Assembly (NCBI GenBank): GCA_964493115.1
Contig: CAZBNF010000001.1
Location: forward strand, 1,786 to 65,785
Reading direction: 5' to 3'
Length of the DNA stretch: 64,000 bases
Source: an uncultured Planctomycetia bacterium
GTDB taxonomy: Bacteria; Omnitrophota; Gorgyraeia; JABMRG01
Made by a program: the position numbers and the translations under genes. A model generated the notes under the pieces. It was not told where the DNA came from. It saw only the letters and a list, made by a program, of their open reading frames with translations, and did not search any database. Within the stretch, counting starts at the first letter, position 1, and each line of letters begins with the position of its first letter. Shown here piece by piece: positions 31,128 to 44,559 of the stretch.

Positions 31128-31161
31128 GATTGCTTCGTCGCTTCGCTCCTCGCAATGACGA
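31128..31161. repeat. Copy B of the 34-bp direct repeat (gattgcttcgtcgcttcgctcctcgcaatgacga), between the terminator and tRNA-Glu.
   Basis: Near-identical to the copy at 30925..30958 and 203 bp away from it. Confidence 0.7.
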
Positions 31162-31214
31162 GCGCAATCCGTAACTCGTTACAACTCTTTAAGTTACAAG
31201 AGTGTCTGAATCGA

Positions 31215-31292
31215 TGGTGACCCCAGCGGGACTCGAACCCGCGTAAACGGCTCGAAAAGCCGTTGTCCTAGACCGCTAGACGATGGGGCCAC
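31215..31292 (-). tRNA. tRNA-Glu (anticodon TTC), with CCA encoded.
   Basis: The reverse complement GTGGCCCCATCGTCTAGCGGTCTAGGACAACGGCTTTTCGAGCCGTTTACGCGGGTTCGAGTCCCGCTGGGGTCACCA folds as a cloverleaf. The anticodon loop is TTTTCGA (anticodon TTC), similar to bacterial tRNA-Glu. Confidence 0.8.
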
Positions 31293-31315
31293 TAATAAAT
31301 CGTGCCTTGTATTAA

Positions 31316-34300
31316 CTAACCTACTGTCTCTGCGACAACAGAGGCCACTGCCGATACCTTATCTTTTGTGCCTTTAAGCGTAATAACGCATACCCCCTGC
31401 GTAGAGCGGCCGCTTTCCCTGATACCTTTTACGGATGTGCGAACAATTGAACCGCTTTCCGTGATAAGCATTATCTCATCATTTTCGGATACTACGCGCA
31501 GGGCTACAGCAAAACCGGTTTTGTCTGTTGTCTTTATGTTGATTATACCCTTCCCGCCTCGTGATTGTATTCTATATTCGCCAATAGGGGTTCTTTTGCC
31601 AAATCCTTTCTCGGATATTGTCAGCAAAGTCGAGTCAGCACGCGCTATCACCATACCTATCACAAGGTCTTTTTTGCCTAAAGATATCCCCCGTACGCCC
31701 CGGGCGGCACGGCCCATGTTCCTGATGGCACTGGACTTAAATCGAATTGCCTTGCCCTCTTTTGTGGCCAAGATAATGTCATCCTTGTCATCTGTGCATG
31801 CCGCCTCGATAAGCTTGTCCCCTTTTTCGATAGTAATGCCTATGATGCCGCCTTTACGCGTATTGGCATAGGCGGCAAGCTCGGTTTTTTTGACAACACC
31901 TTGTTCTGTTGCCATAAAAATATAACCGCCTTTTTCAAAATCCTTGACCCTTACAAAAGCACTTATGGCTTCTCCAGTAGACAGTTGGAGAAGATTAACA
32001 ATCGCCTTGCCTTTTGATGCTCTTCCAGCCTGCGGGATTTCGTGCACCTTGACCATATACGCCTTGCCTGTGTTGCTAAAAAATAGTATGTGCTCGTGCG
32101 TTGTCGCGATAAATAAATGCTCGGCAAAGTCCTCTTCTTTAAGCTCGGCCCCCACCATGCCTTTGCCGCCTCTTTTTTGGCGGCGGTAAGCACTTACAGG
32201 CAATCTTTTAATATACCCTCCGTGGCTTATAGTAATCACCACATCTTCTTCCGCTATAAAATCTTCTATCCGCAGGTCCTCTACTTCACCTACAATATCC
32301 GTGCGCCTGTCATCACCGTATTTTTTTTGCATCTCAAGCAACTCTTCTTTTATGATGCCCAGGACGCGAACCTCGCTTGCCAGGATTGCCTCATATCCTT
32401 GTATTTTTTTGATCAATTCTAAATATTCCGCGTCTATCTTGGTGCGCTCAAGCGCTGTCAGCCGCTGAAGCTGCATCTCGAGAATAGCCTGAGCCTGACG
32501 CGTGCTCAGGTCAAAGTTTTTTTCAAGCGCATTTTTTGCCGACTGCGTATCCTTTGCGGACTTTATAGTCTTAATAATTTTATCGATATACTTAAGCGCT
32601 ATTTTTAAACCTTCCAAAATATGGGCGCGTTCCTGGGCCTTGCGTAACAGAAAATCTGTACGCCGCCTTACAATCTCTTTACGATGGTCAACATGCAGAT
32701 CAAGCATCTGGCGCAGGTTCAAGACCCGGGGCTGGTTGTTAACCAGCGCAAGCATAATAATACCAAATGTCGAGGCAAGTTGTGTGTGTTTGTAGAGTTG
32801 GTTTAAAATAACCTGCGCGGGCCTATCACGCCTAAGCTCCACAACAATCCGGATCCCGTCTTTGTCGGATTCATCTCGTATATCGGAAATGCCGTCTATT
32901 TTTTTATCCGTCACAAGCCTTGCGATAGACTCGATAAGGTTTGTCTTGTTTACCTGATACGGCAGCTCTGTTATGATAATGGCGCTCTTGCCGGCTTTTT
33001 GTTCCTCCACGCTGGCGCGCGCATGCAGTTTTATAATGCCGCGCCCTGTGGTATAAGCGCTCTTTATACCGCTTTTACCACAGATAGTCGCCCCTGTCGG
33101 GAAATCAGGGCCCCTTACAATCTTCATAAGGCCGCTCATATCTGTCTGCGGCTCATCTATCACTTTAATAATCGCGTTGATCGTCTCGCGTAAATTATGA
33201 GGCGGAATATTAGTTGCCATACCTACCGCGATACCGCTGCAGCCATTTACAAGAAGGGTAGGAAGCGCTGATGGCAGCAGCACCGGCTCTTTAAGCGAGC
33301 CATCAAAGTTTGGCGTGAAATCCACGGTCTCTTTATCAATATCCGCAAGAAGCTCATCCGCTATAGAGGCCATGCGCGCCTCCGTGTATCTCATAGCCGC
33401 CGCGGGGTCACCGTCGACCGATCCCCAGTTGCCCTGCCCGTCAACAAGCGGATACCGCAGAGAAAAATTCTGCACCATGCGCACCAGGGCATCATACACT
33501 GACGAATCGCCGTGCGGGTGATATTTTCCGAGGCAATTGTGAGAAAGTATGCCGTTTGCAATAAATTCGTGGTCCCCTTCGACTTGTATATCGTAGGTTT
33601 TTTCTGCAGGCGCTCGTTCGGTTGATGCCACGTTCATGAAATATATATCATCCCTGATAACATCTCTTAAAAAAGTGTAGAGCGGCGAGTTAACCTTGTG
33701 CAGCTTATCCAGTATGCCCCATTCGATAATCTGGGATTTCCTGAGCGCTTTTTCTTTAAGATCTGCCGCATATCTTATCTTGCAGCCCCCTGGATATTTT
33801 ATGCCCGCCCTGAACTTGTTGCCTTCTCCGCCTTGATACCATCCTGCCCCTATGTGTTTTTCGCTTAATTCGCTAAAAACCATCGCGCCGCTATATGGTA
33901 TAATGTCGCAATTTGATTTTTTTAAATTTCTGTTATTTAGTTCCGCGATCCTTTCTTGTTTCTTTTTATCAACCAGGTTTAGTTTGCCCGCTAAGAGTTT
34001 CGCGTTTATGCCTTTTAACTCCAGGGAATAAAATGCTTGCCTGGTATTGACGCGCCTGCCATTTATAACATCCCCCCCCCTTTTGTCTTTGTTTTTGTAT
34101 TTCGCGCCGAACATACCGTAGTGTTGCAGCAAGACAAGAAGCTTATCAATTAAACATTCTGAAGTTGAGCCGTAGTGTATAACGCATCTCTCTTTATGAA
34201 TACTGCCGTCTCCATCGACCAGCCCCGAAACAAAGGAAAAAACAACAGATTCAGGTGAATTAAATATTTGCTGTGGTATTGTTTTTGTGGCCGCCTTTGC

Positions 34301-35149
34301 CCCTTCTATCCCAAAATTTTCCCTTAAAAAATCCACCACATTTTTTCTGCAGGTTCTTGTCGTGTATTGACGGTGTGCGCTGATTACGTACTTGCCATGC
34401 GATACATAGATTTTTTCTTTGATACACGGCACATAGTTGAAATTGGCCATCAATATGTCTGCTATCTTTTCTATTGTTTCGCGCGAATTACAAGAAAAGC
34501 CTATTCTATAAGTGTCTTTTCTGCTCTTTTCCTTTGTTATCCATCCTTCGGCTATAAAAAATCCTAAAAGATAAGCCATATCTTCGTTTAGTTGCGCTGG
34601 GCACTGCCCGCCACAGCATTGACTCAATGCCGTTTTATGTTTGATATCCGGGTATGCGGCCCTTAAAACTACGTAGTCGTTGCTTGTTAGGTTTTTTGCT
34701 TCCTTCCACTCAAGCCCAAATTCTTTGTTTAGCACCTTAAATTTCTGTGAAGGGGTTGCTGTGGCTGTGTTTCCGTTGGCAAGGATAATTTTTACCAGTT
34801 CCTTGGGCGGCATTTCATACAACTCTGATACCGCGCAAATGCCCTTCTGCGTGTAAACACACTCTCCTCGTTTTACATCCTGAATAGGCACAAGCCCTCT
34901 GCTTGTCAAAACAAGTGTGTCTTTTACGAAACAATCCCCTACTATACGAGCGCTTTTTTTGTATGGCTTGGAGTACTGTAAGCTGAGCCCGTGCATAGTG
35001 TAAAGTATTCTGCGCTGAACAGGCTTTAGGCCGTCGCGCGCATCCGGCAGGGCGCGCCCGACAATTACACTCATAGCGTAATTAATATACGAGTCTTTTA
35101 TCTCGTCTTCAACATAGCGCTTCGCTATCTTTTCACCTTGTGTGTACAT
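31316..35149 (-). CDS. gyrA: DNA gyrase subunit A, interrupted by a 466-aa intein with a LAGLIDADG homing-endonuclease domain.
   Basis: The N-terminus has ...[30 protein letters not shown]. The extein reads KSARIVGD|C...SHN|[20 protein letters not shown]. Removing residues 73-538 leaves an ~811-aa GyrA with a C-terminal beta-pinwheel. Confidence 0.9.
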   Translation of the reverse strand: MYTQGEKIAKRYVEDEIKDSYINYAMSVIVGRALPDARDGLKPVQRRILYTMHGLSLQYSKPYKKSARIVGDCFVKDTLVLTSRGLVPIQDVKRGECVYTQKGICAVSELYEMPPKELVKIILANGNTATATPSQKFKVLNKEFGLEWKEAKNLTSNDYVVLRAAYPDIKHKTALSQCCGGQCPAQLNEDMAYLLGFFIAEGWITKEKSRKDTYRIGFSCNSRETIEKIADILMANFNYVPCIKEKIYVSHGKYVISAHRQYTTRTCRKNVVDFLRENFGIEGAKAATKTIPQQIFNSPESVVFSFVSGLVDGDGSIHKERCVIHYGSTSECLIDKLLVLLQHYGMFGAKYKNKDKRGGDVINGRRVNTRQAFYSLELKGINAKLLAGKLNLVDKKKQERIAELNNRNLKKSNCDIIPYSGAMVFSELSEKHIGAGWYQGGEGNKFRAGIKYPGGCKIRYAADLKEKALRKSQIIEWGILDKLHKVNSPLYTFLRDVIRDDIYFMNVASTERAPAEKTYDIQVEGDHEFIANGILSHNCLGKYHPHGDSSVYDALVRMVQNFSLRYPLVDGQGNWGSVDGDPAAAMRYTEARMASIADELLADIDKETVDFTPNFDGSLKEPVLLPSALPTLLVNGCSGIAVGMATNIPPHNLRETINAIIKVIDEPQTDMSGLMKIVRGPDFPTGATICGKSGIKSAYTTGRGIIKLHARASVEEQKAGKSAIIITELPYQVNKTNLIESIARLVTDKKIDGISDIRDESDKDGIRIVVELRRDRPAQVILNQLYKHTQLASTFGIIMLALVNNQPRVLNLRQMLDLHVDHRKEIVRRRTDFLLRKAQERAHILEGLKIALKYIDKIIKTIKSAKDTQSAKNALEKNFDLSTRQAQAILEMQLQRLTALERTKIDAEYLELIKKIQGYEAILASEVRVLGIIKEELLEMQKKYGDDRRTDIVGEVEDLRIEDFIAEEDVVITISHGGYIKRLPVSAYRRQKRGGKGMVGAELKEEDFAEHLFIATTHEHILFFSNTGKAYMVKVHEIPQAGRASKGKAIVNLLQLSTGEAISAFVRVKDFEKGGYIFMATEQGVVKKTELAAYANTRKGGIIGITIEKGDKLIEAACTDDKDDIILATKEGKAIRFKSSAIRNMGRAARGVRGISLGKKDLVIGMVIARADSTLLTISEKGFGKRTPIGEYRIQSRGGKGIINIKTTDKTGFAVALRVVSENDEIMLITESGSIVRTSVKGIRESGRSTQGVCVITLKGTKDKVSAVASVVAETVG
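33536..34933 (-). mobile_element. GyrA intein (466 aa), inserted in the GD/KYHPHGD region next to the active site, with a LAGLIDADG homing-endonuclease core.
   Basis: It starts with Cys (CFVKDTLVL) and ends with HN followed by a +1 Cys. Two LAGLIDADG-like blocks are present ([11 protein letters not shown] and [11 protein letters not shown]). Coordinates were checked against codon frame. Confidence 0.8.
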
Positions 35150-35168
35150 TTATATTTCCTTTAGTCTG

Positions 35169-39330
<4,162 letters not shown>

Positions 39331-39333
39331 GTT

Positions 39334-40428
39334 TTATGTTATCTGCATGGGCAGGACAATATATACATATTCGTCACGTATCCTTAGCACCCCGGGCTTC
39401 TCCGGGCCCGTAAATTCTATTTCCACCGTTTCTTCTTCTATGCTTTTCAAGACATCTAAAAGATATGTTGGATTAAACCCTATCTGCAGTTCCGCGCCCG
39501 AATAAACCACCTCAAGCTCTTCTGTGGTCTCCCCTACCTCCGGTGTTGTTTTACTAATTATGAGTTTATTTTTTGTCAGGTGAAGCTTTATTGCCTGCGA
39601 TTCTACTGTTGTTAGCAGGCTTGCCCGTTTTATGGCTGGTATCAACTGTTCCTTGTTGATCGTTAGCGCGGTTTCTGTTTTGCATGGTATGGCCTGCTGG
39701 TAGTTGGGGAATTCACCCTCAATAAGCCTTGATATGATGGTGGTGTTGTCTATTTGGAAAACAATTTGATTGGTTGTAAATTTTATTAGCACACTGCCGT
39801 CTTCTTTTAGGGTTTTGAATAACTCTTGTACTGTTTTTGCTGGTATTATTATAGTTTGCCCCTCCCGCACCTCTGATTTATGTGGTTTCTTTATAATAGC
39901 CAGGCGCCTGCCGTCCGTTGCTATAATTTGCAGATGTTTCAGTTGGATCTCCATGCAAACCCCATTCAGCACATACCTGGTCTCTTCCTTGCTCATCGCG
40001 AACGCTGTATAGGTAAGCATTTGCTTTAGTGTGTTTTGTTGCATAGTAAGTGTTTGTGTGTTTTGATTGGTAGGTATATTGGGAAATTCTTCTTTTGGTA
40101 TGGTTAGTATTTTAAAAACGGTGTTTTTGGTTGTAATTAATAAGATGTTGTTTTTTTTGGTTGTTATTTGTATATCTTCATTCGGAAACTCTTTAATGAT
40201 ATCCAGAAACCTTTTTGCGGGTATTGTGGTAGAGCCTTGCTCAAATACACCCGCTTCTTGTGTATGTGTTATGCCTATATTTAAATCTGTCGCGGTTATT
40301 TTAATTGCGGTTGGTTCTGTTTCAAGTAATATGTTCGCCAATATAGGGAGTGTATTTTTTTGGGCCACCGCCCCCATTACTATTTGTAAAGATTCTAGCA
40401 GTGCTTGTTTTGGTATAGTTATCCTCAT
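39334..40428 (-). CDS. dnaN: DNA polymerase III beta sliding clamp.
   Basis: A 364-aa protein with a three-domain beta-clamp-like sequence (MRITIPKQALLESLQIVMGAV...) in the conserved dnaA-dnaN synteny. Confidence 0.9.
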   Translation of the reverse strand: MRITIPKQALLESLQIVMGAVAQKNTLPILANILLETEPTAIKITATDLNIGITHTQEAGVFEQGSTTIPAKRFLDIIKEFPNEDIQITTKKNNILLITTKNTVFKILTIPKEEFPNIPTNQNTQTLTMQQNTLKQMLTYTAFAMSKEETRYVLNGVCMEIQLKHLQIIATDGRRLAIIKKPHKSEVREGQTIIIPAKTVQELFKTLKEDGSVLIKFTTNQIVFQIDNTTIISRLIEGEFPNYQQAIPCKTETALTINKEQLIPAIKRASLLTTVESQAIKLHLTKNKLIISKTTPEVGETTEELEVVYSGAELQIGFNPTYLLDVLKSIEEETVEIEFTGPEKPGVLRIRDEYVYIVLPMQIT

Positions 40429-40509
40429 ATTAACACCCTCTATTTTATCTATTTATTTATTAAATATAATAGTATTAATAGTAATTGGTGTGGAAAGGTG
40501 TATAAACAC
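40429..40509. promoter_or_regulatory. Candidate oriC / DNA-unwinding element in the dnaA-dnaN intergenic spacer.
   Basis: A very AT-rich tract (tctattttatctatttatttattaaatataatagtattaatag) is followed by degenerate DnaA-box-like sequences (tgtggaaag) and a palindrome (aggtgtataaacacct). Confidence 0.35.
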
Positions 40510-41883
40510 CTAACCCCCACACCTAATTTGTTTTATAAGATTATCTACAATTTGTGTTAGTTGTGTGTTATTTACCATAGCCGACTCTATCTTGTTACAG
40601 GCATGCAATACGGTTGTGTGATCACGCCCCCCAAAAAAACCACCAATTTCTGTCAAGGGGGATTTGGTAAGTTCACGCGCTAAATACATAGCAATCTGCC
40701 GCGGGAAAGCCAACAACCTGGTTCTTTTTTTAATACGCATAGTGTTGGCGCCAACACTAAAATAATCCGCTACAATGCGCTGTATTTTATCAACAGTAAT
40801 ATCAAGCCCCCGCTTGGCCTCAACCTCTTGCAGCACATCTTTAACCGATCCCATACTCACAGGCTGGCCCATAAGAGATGAGTACGCGATTACGCGAATA
40901 AGCGCGCCCTCTAACTCCCTTATGTTTGTTTTAATATTTTCGGCGATATATAACAAAACCCCATCTTCAACCGAGGCGTTTGAAAACTCAAGTTTTTTTC
41001 TTAAGATCGCTACCCGGGTTTCTATATCTGGCGGCTGTATGTCTGTGACAAGCCCCCACTCAAACCGCGAAACCAGACGATTTTCCAGGGCAGGTATTTC
41101 TTTGGGGGGCCTGTCGCTAGAGACAATAATTTGCTTGTGGGCGTCGTATAGGGTGTTGAATGTGTGAAAGAATTCTTCCTGTGTCGATTCTTTACCGGAG
41201 AGAAACTGTATGTCATCAACCATTAAAACATCCAGTTGCCGGTAGTGGTCTTTGAATTTTTGCGTTGTACGGTTTTGTATGGCGCTGATTAGTTGGTTGG
41301 TGAATTTTTCGCTCGACATATACAACACCTTAAGCCTGGGGTGTTTTGTTAGGGTGTGCTGTCCAATCGCCTGCATTAAATGAGTTTTACCAAGCCCGAC
41401 ACCGCCGTAAATAAACAGCGGATTATAGGATTTAGCGGGTGATTCCGCAACAGCAGTGGCGGCAGCGTGTGAAAAACGATTACACCCGCCAATTACGAAA
41501 CTGTCAAAGGTGTATCTGGGGTTGAAATTACTTTCTTTCGCGGCCGGAGCGCGTTCAAATGGATTCTGGAAAAGACGAAAACCGCCACGCTTATCCTGTG
41601 CGTGCGTATCGTCCTGCGGGCCCGCTTCTACCCTGGCCGGTGTTTGGTAGTCTATTGTTAGCTGCTCTTTCTCGATACTTTTTAGGGCGAGGCTTATCTG
41701 GCCTGAATAATGTTCTATAAGCCAGTCTTTAAAAAAAGTGTTTGGCACCTCGACGGAAATTGAATCCATTCCTGAGGACAGCTGCCTGGTGGGGGCGAAC
41801 CACGTTTCATAACTTTGCGGGCTTACTTGTTTGCGTACGTGCTGCAAAACAGCGCCCCACGTACCATCAAGTGCTTGAGACAT
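40510..41883 (-). CDS. dnaA: Chromosomal replication initiator DnaA.
   Basis: A 457-aa protein with the Walker A motif GGVGLGKTHLMQAIG and a C-terminal DnaA DNA-binding helix (VLHACNKIESAM). Confidence 0.95.
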   Translation of the reverse strand: MSQALDGTWGAVLQHVRKQVSPQSYETWFAPTRQLSSGMDSISVEVPNTFFKDWLIEHYSGQISLALKSIEKEQLTIDYQTPARVEAGPQDDTHAQDKRGGFRLFQNPFERAPAAKESNFNPRYTFDSFVIGGCNRFSHAAATAVAESPAKSYNPLFIYGGVGLGKTHLMQAIGQHTLTKHPRLKVLYMSSEKFTNQLISAIQNRTTQKFKDHYRQLDVLMVDDIQFLSGKESTQEEFFHTFNTLYDAHKQIIVSSDRPPKEIPALENRLVSRFEWGLVTDIQPPDIETRVAILRKKLEFSNASVEDGVLLYIAENIKTNIRELEGALIRVIAYSSLMGQPVSMGSVKDVLQEVEAKRGLDITVDKIQRIVADYFSVGANTMRIKKRTRLLAFPRQIAMYLARELTKSPLTEIGGFFGGRDHTTVLHACNKIESAMVNNTQLTQIVDNLIKQIRCGG

Positions 41884-41967
41884 AAAACAAACCTCACTTT
41901 AATGTGTAATGGAAAAATAAGAATGCAATCATTATAACAAAAACTTGCCCTTTTGCAAGAGAAAAGT

Positions 41968-41997
41968 TTTTGCCTTGACTTAAAACCTTTTTATGCT
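41968..41997 (+). promoter_or_regulatory. Sigma70-like promoter for rpmH-rnpA-yidD-yidC.
   Basis: TTGACT, a 16-17-nt spacer, then TATACT, ~15 nt upstream of the rpmH ATG. Confidence 0.5.
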
Positions 41998-42011
41998 ATA
42001 CTCGTTTTACT

Positions 42012-42149
42012 ATGAAAAAACACTTAACAAATAAGTCTAATTTAAAGCGTAAGCGCAAACATGGCTTTAAAAAGCGCATGAGCACAGCAGGCGGCAGAAA
42101 AGTGCTTAAGCGGCGCAGGCGCAAGGGAAGAAAAACCCTGTCTGTATGA
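42012..42149 (+). CDS. rpmH: 50S ribosomal protein L34 (45 aa). It is not in the ORF track because it is shorter than 60 aa.
   Basis: Translates to [45 protein letters not shown]. Its stop overlaps the rnpA ATG (ATGA). Confidence 0.9.
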   Translation: MKKHLTNKSNLKRKRKHGFKKRMSTAGGRKVLKRRRRKGRKTLSV

Positions 42150-42526
42150 GGCGGGAATCGTCCGTGCGTATACCTGTGCGCCTAGCAGCTTACCGGCTAA
42201 AACGAATCTCTAAGACACGGGATTATCGGCACGCTTACACAGCAGGCACAAAGCTTTCGACGCAACTGCTTAAAATATACATTGTGGGTAGCCTGTTAGG
42301 CTGTACAAGATTGGGTATTGTGGTTGGCAGGCGTGTCAGCCTAAAAGCGGTTGTGCGCAACAGGATAAAGCGTGTAATAAGGCACTGGTTTAGTCAACAC
42401 CTCCCAGCCGCGCTGCGCAATTCATATGATATCGCGGTTGTGGTGCGCCCGGGAGCTGCGCGCGAGAACTGCTCCGCGTCTCTACACATCGACTTAGAAA
42501 CAGTACTAAAAAAATGGCCTTTGTAA
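42146..42526 (+). CDS. rnpA: Ribonuclease P protein component.
   Basis: A 126-aa basic protein (...[15 protein letters not shown]...[12 protein letters not shown]) in the conserved position after rpmH. Confidence 0.85.
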   Translation: MRRESSVRIPVRLAAYRLKRISKTRDYRHAYTAGTKLSTQLLKIYIVGSLLGCTRLGIVVGRRVSLKAVVRNRIKRVIRHWFSQHLPAALRNSYDIAVVVRPGAARENCSASLHIDLETVLKKWPL

Positions 42527-42744
42527 ATAAATTGCTCTGCCTGTGCGCTGTGTCTATGATTAAGCTGTATCAGCAGTGTTTTTTTGCCTACCGGCAATAC
42601 GCGCGTTGCAAATACTTCCCCAATTGTTCTGACTATATGATTATGGCTTTGCAAAAATATGGTTTTTGGACAGGCGTAACGCGGGGCGTATGGCGTATAA
42701 TGCGTTGCCACCCGCTGGCAAAAGGCGGGCTTGATTTACCATAA
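42514..42744 (+). CDS. yidD: Membrane protein insertion efficiency factor YidD.
   Basis: A 76-aa protein with the motif YQQCFFAYRQYARCKYFPNCSDYMIMALQKYGF, in conserved synteny. Confidence 0.85.
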   Translation: MAFVNKLLCLCAVSMIKLYQQCFFAYRQYARCKYFPNCSDYMIMALQKYGFWTGVTRGVWRIMRCHPLAKGGLDLP

Positions 42745-42795
42745 TCAATATACAACCGTATCATAACATAACCCACCTTATTTAAAGGACTTATA

Positions 42796-44421
42796 ATGAA
42801 TACAGAAAAACGCTTAATGTTAGCAGTAGCCGCGTCAGTTGTTATTATTGTTTTATACCAAGCTTATATGAAGCAATTTGTGAAACCGTATCAGGCAGGA
42901 AATGTAAATGATACGGTTGCAACAGAGCGGGTTGTAGAACAATCGCCTGTGCCAAGCGTGGCGCAACAGGGGACAACAGCCGTTAGCCCAACCGTATCAT
43001 ATGATACGGTTACCATAAGTAACGATATAATGCAAATAGACACAACCGATTCTGGGGCAACGATTAATGAATTATTATTACGAGATTATTATAATAAAGA
43101 AGGTCAGCCTTACCCCTTGCTTGTGTACCAGGAGGGGCAACCCATGCTGTTTGAAACAGTTTTTCTCTCAGGCAACGTGCCCGGCAAGTGGCAATTAGAC
43201 TACAGCCAGGGGCAAGTGGCCCGATATAAAATTGCAAGTGACGGTTTGGCCATATCAAAGACTATTACATTAGATAAGGCGAACCACTTTATTACGCTGG
43301 ATCTTACAATAACAAACACGAGCCCAAAGCAGCAGCTAATACAGTATCGCGTGTATAACGGTTATATAGAAACAGTGCGTGGCCACATGGACAGTAGGTA
43401 TCTGGGTGCTGATATCTTTGTGGATGGTAAGGCCCTCAGAAGACGCGCGTCAAGGGAAACCATGCAAGATGGCGAATTGATACCAGGTACACCAACATGG
43501 ATTTCCACGCGCGGTAGGTATTTTTCGTTTCTTATGAAGCCCGGGCAAGATGCCGAGTCAGCGTTTGTGCAGAGCAGAGGTAAAAACGACCTTTGCACTG
43601 GTTTAGTCTCTTATCCTATTACCCTGATGCCACACAGCGTAGTTAAGCACACTTTTTGGGTGTATGCCGGCCCAAATGATCTTGATGCTATGATGGCTCT
43701 TGACCCAACCGCAACAGAGGTAATTAATTACGGCATTTTTCACATTATAGGTAGATTATTGTTTAAGGGCTTAGGTATGTTTTATCACTGGACCAACAAC
43801 TATGGCGTAGCCATTATTTTGTTGGCGCTGGTGATAAGTTTAATTATGTTGCCGCTTACTCGTAAAAGCCTGCATTCCATGAAAGAGATGCAAAAGATAC
43901 AGCCAGAGACAGAGCTCATACGCAAACAGTATAGTGATAACCCGCAAAAGATGAATAAAGAGATAATGGGGCTTTATAAAAAACATAAAATTAACCCTAT
44001 TGGTGGTTGCCTGCCAATGCTTCTACAGATCCCGATCTTTTTCTCTTTATACCAAGTGTTGTTACGTAGCGTAGAGCTCAAGGGGGCTACTTTTTTATGG
44101 ATAAAGGATTTGGCAGAACCAGATGCGGCATTTGCATTGCCATCTGCCATGCAAAACCTGCCTTTTCTAGGTGGGCACATCAATATACTGCCCATACTAA
44201 TGGCTATTGCAATGGCATTCCAGCAAAGGTTATCGCAGGGCGGTAGCCAGAAAATGTCTGAGCAGCAACGCCTGATGGCAGGGATAATGCCGATTATGTT
44301 TGGTATGATATTTTATAATATGCCCTCAGGGCTCGTGCTATATTGGTTTACCAACACGCTCTTCATGCTTGTTATACAGGAAGTGGTGTTAAAGTCACGT
44401 TTTTTTGCAAAGGCAGTATAG
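42796..44421 (+). CDS. yidC: Membrane protein insertase YidC.
   Basis: A 541-aa protein with an N-terminal TM segment, a periplasmic domain, and the conserved C-terminal core (GGCLPMLLQIPIFFSLYQVL). Confidence 0.9.
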   Translation: MNTEKRLMLAVAASVVIIVLYQAYMKQFVKPYQAGNVNDTVATERVVEQSPVPSVAQQGTTAVSPTVSYDTVTISNDIMQIDTTDSGATINELLLRDYYNKEGQPYPLLVYQEGQPMLFETVFLSGNVPGKWQLDYSQGQVARYKIASDGLAISKTITLDKANHFITLDLTITNTSPKQQLIQYRVYNGYIETVRGHMDSRYLGADIFVDGKALRRRASRETMQDGELIPGTPTWISTRGRYFSFLMKPGQDAESAFVQSRGKNDLCTGLVSYPITLMPHSVVKHTFWVYAGPNDLDAMMALDPTATEVINYGIFHIIGRLLFKGLGMFYHWTNNYGVAIILLALVISLIMLPLTRKSLHSMKEMQKIQPETELIRKQYSDNPQKMNKEIMGLYKKHKINPIGGCLPMLLQIPIFFSLYQVLLRSVELKGATFLWIKDLAEPDAAFALPSAMQNLPFLGGHINILPILMAIAMAFQQRLSQGGSQKMSEQQRLMAGIMPIMFGMIFYNMPSGLVLYWFTNTLFMLVIQEVVLKSRFFAKAV

Positions 44422-44445
44422 TAGCAATTTTTATATCTTTTATGG

Positions 44446-44474
44446 TTGACAAAGCAGTCGTAATGGTATAAAAT
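44446..44474 (+). promoter_or_regulatory. Sigma70-like promoter upstream of parAB.
   Basis: TTGACA at 44446..44451, then TATAAAAT about 15-17 nt downstream. Confidence 0.45.
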
Positions 44475-44526
44475 TTCTATAGTAAGTAGCATAAGTTGTG
44501 ACCAAAGTGTTATGGCGAGTGGGGCA

Positions 44527-44542
44527 TGTTCCACGTGAAACT
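44527..44542. promoter_or_regulatory. parS centromere-like site.
   Basis: tGTTcCACGTGAAACt has 1 mismatch to the consensus tGTTTCACGTGAAACa. It lies 18 nt upstream of the parA start. Confidence 0.6.
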
Positions 44543-44559
44543 TATGCGGAGAGGACTCA

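Noticed and set aside
30925-31161. The two 34-bp direct repeats considered as a mini CRISPR array.
   Set aside because: There are only two copies, 203 bp apart, against the typical 25-50-bp CRISPR spacers. No cas genes are present, and one copy sits in a promoter region. This is not a CRISPR array.
41884-42011. The upstream region of dnaA as the primary oriC.
   Set aside because: I did not find clear TTATCCACA-type boxes there. The region contains a good rpmH promoter instead. The dnaA-dnaN spacer looks more origin-like, but either remains possible.
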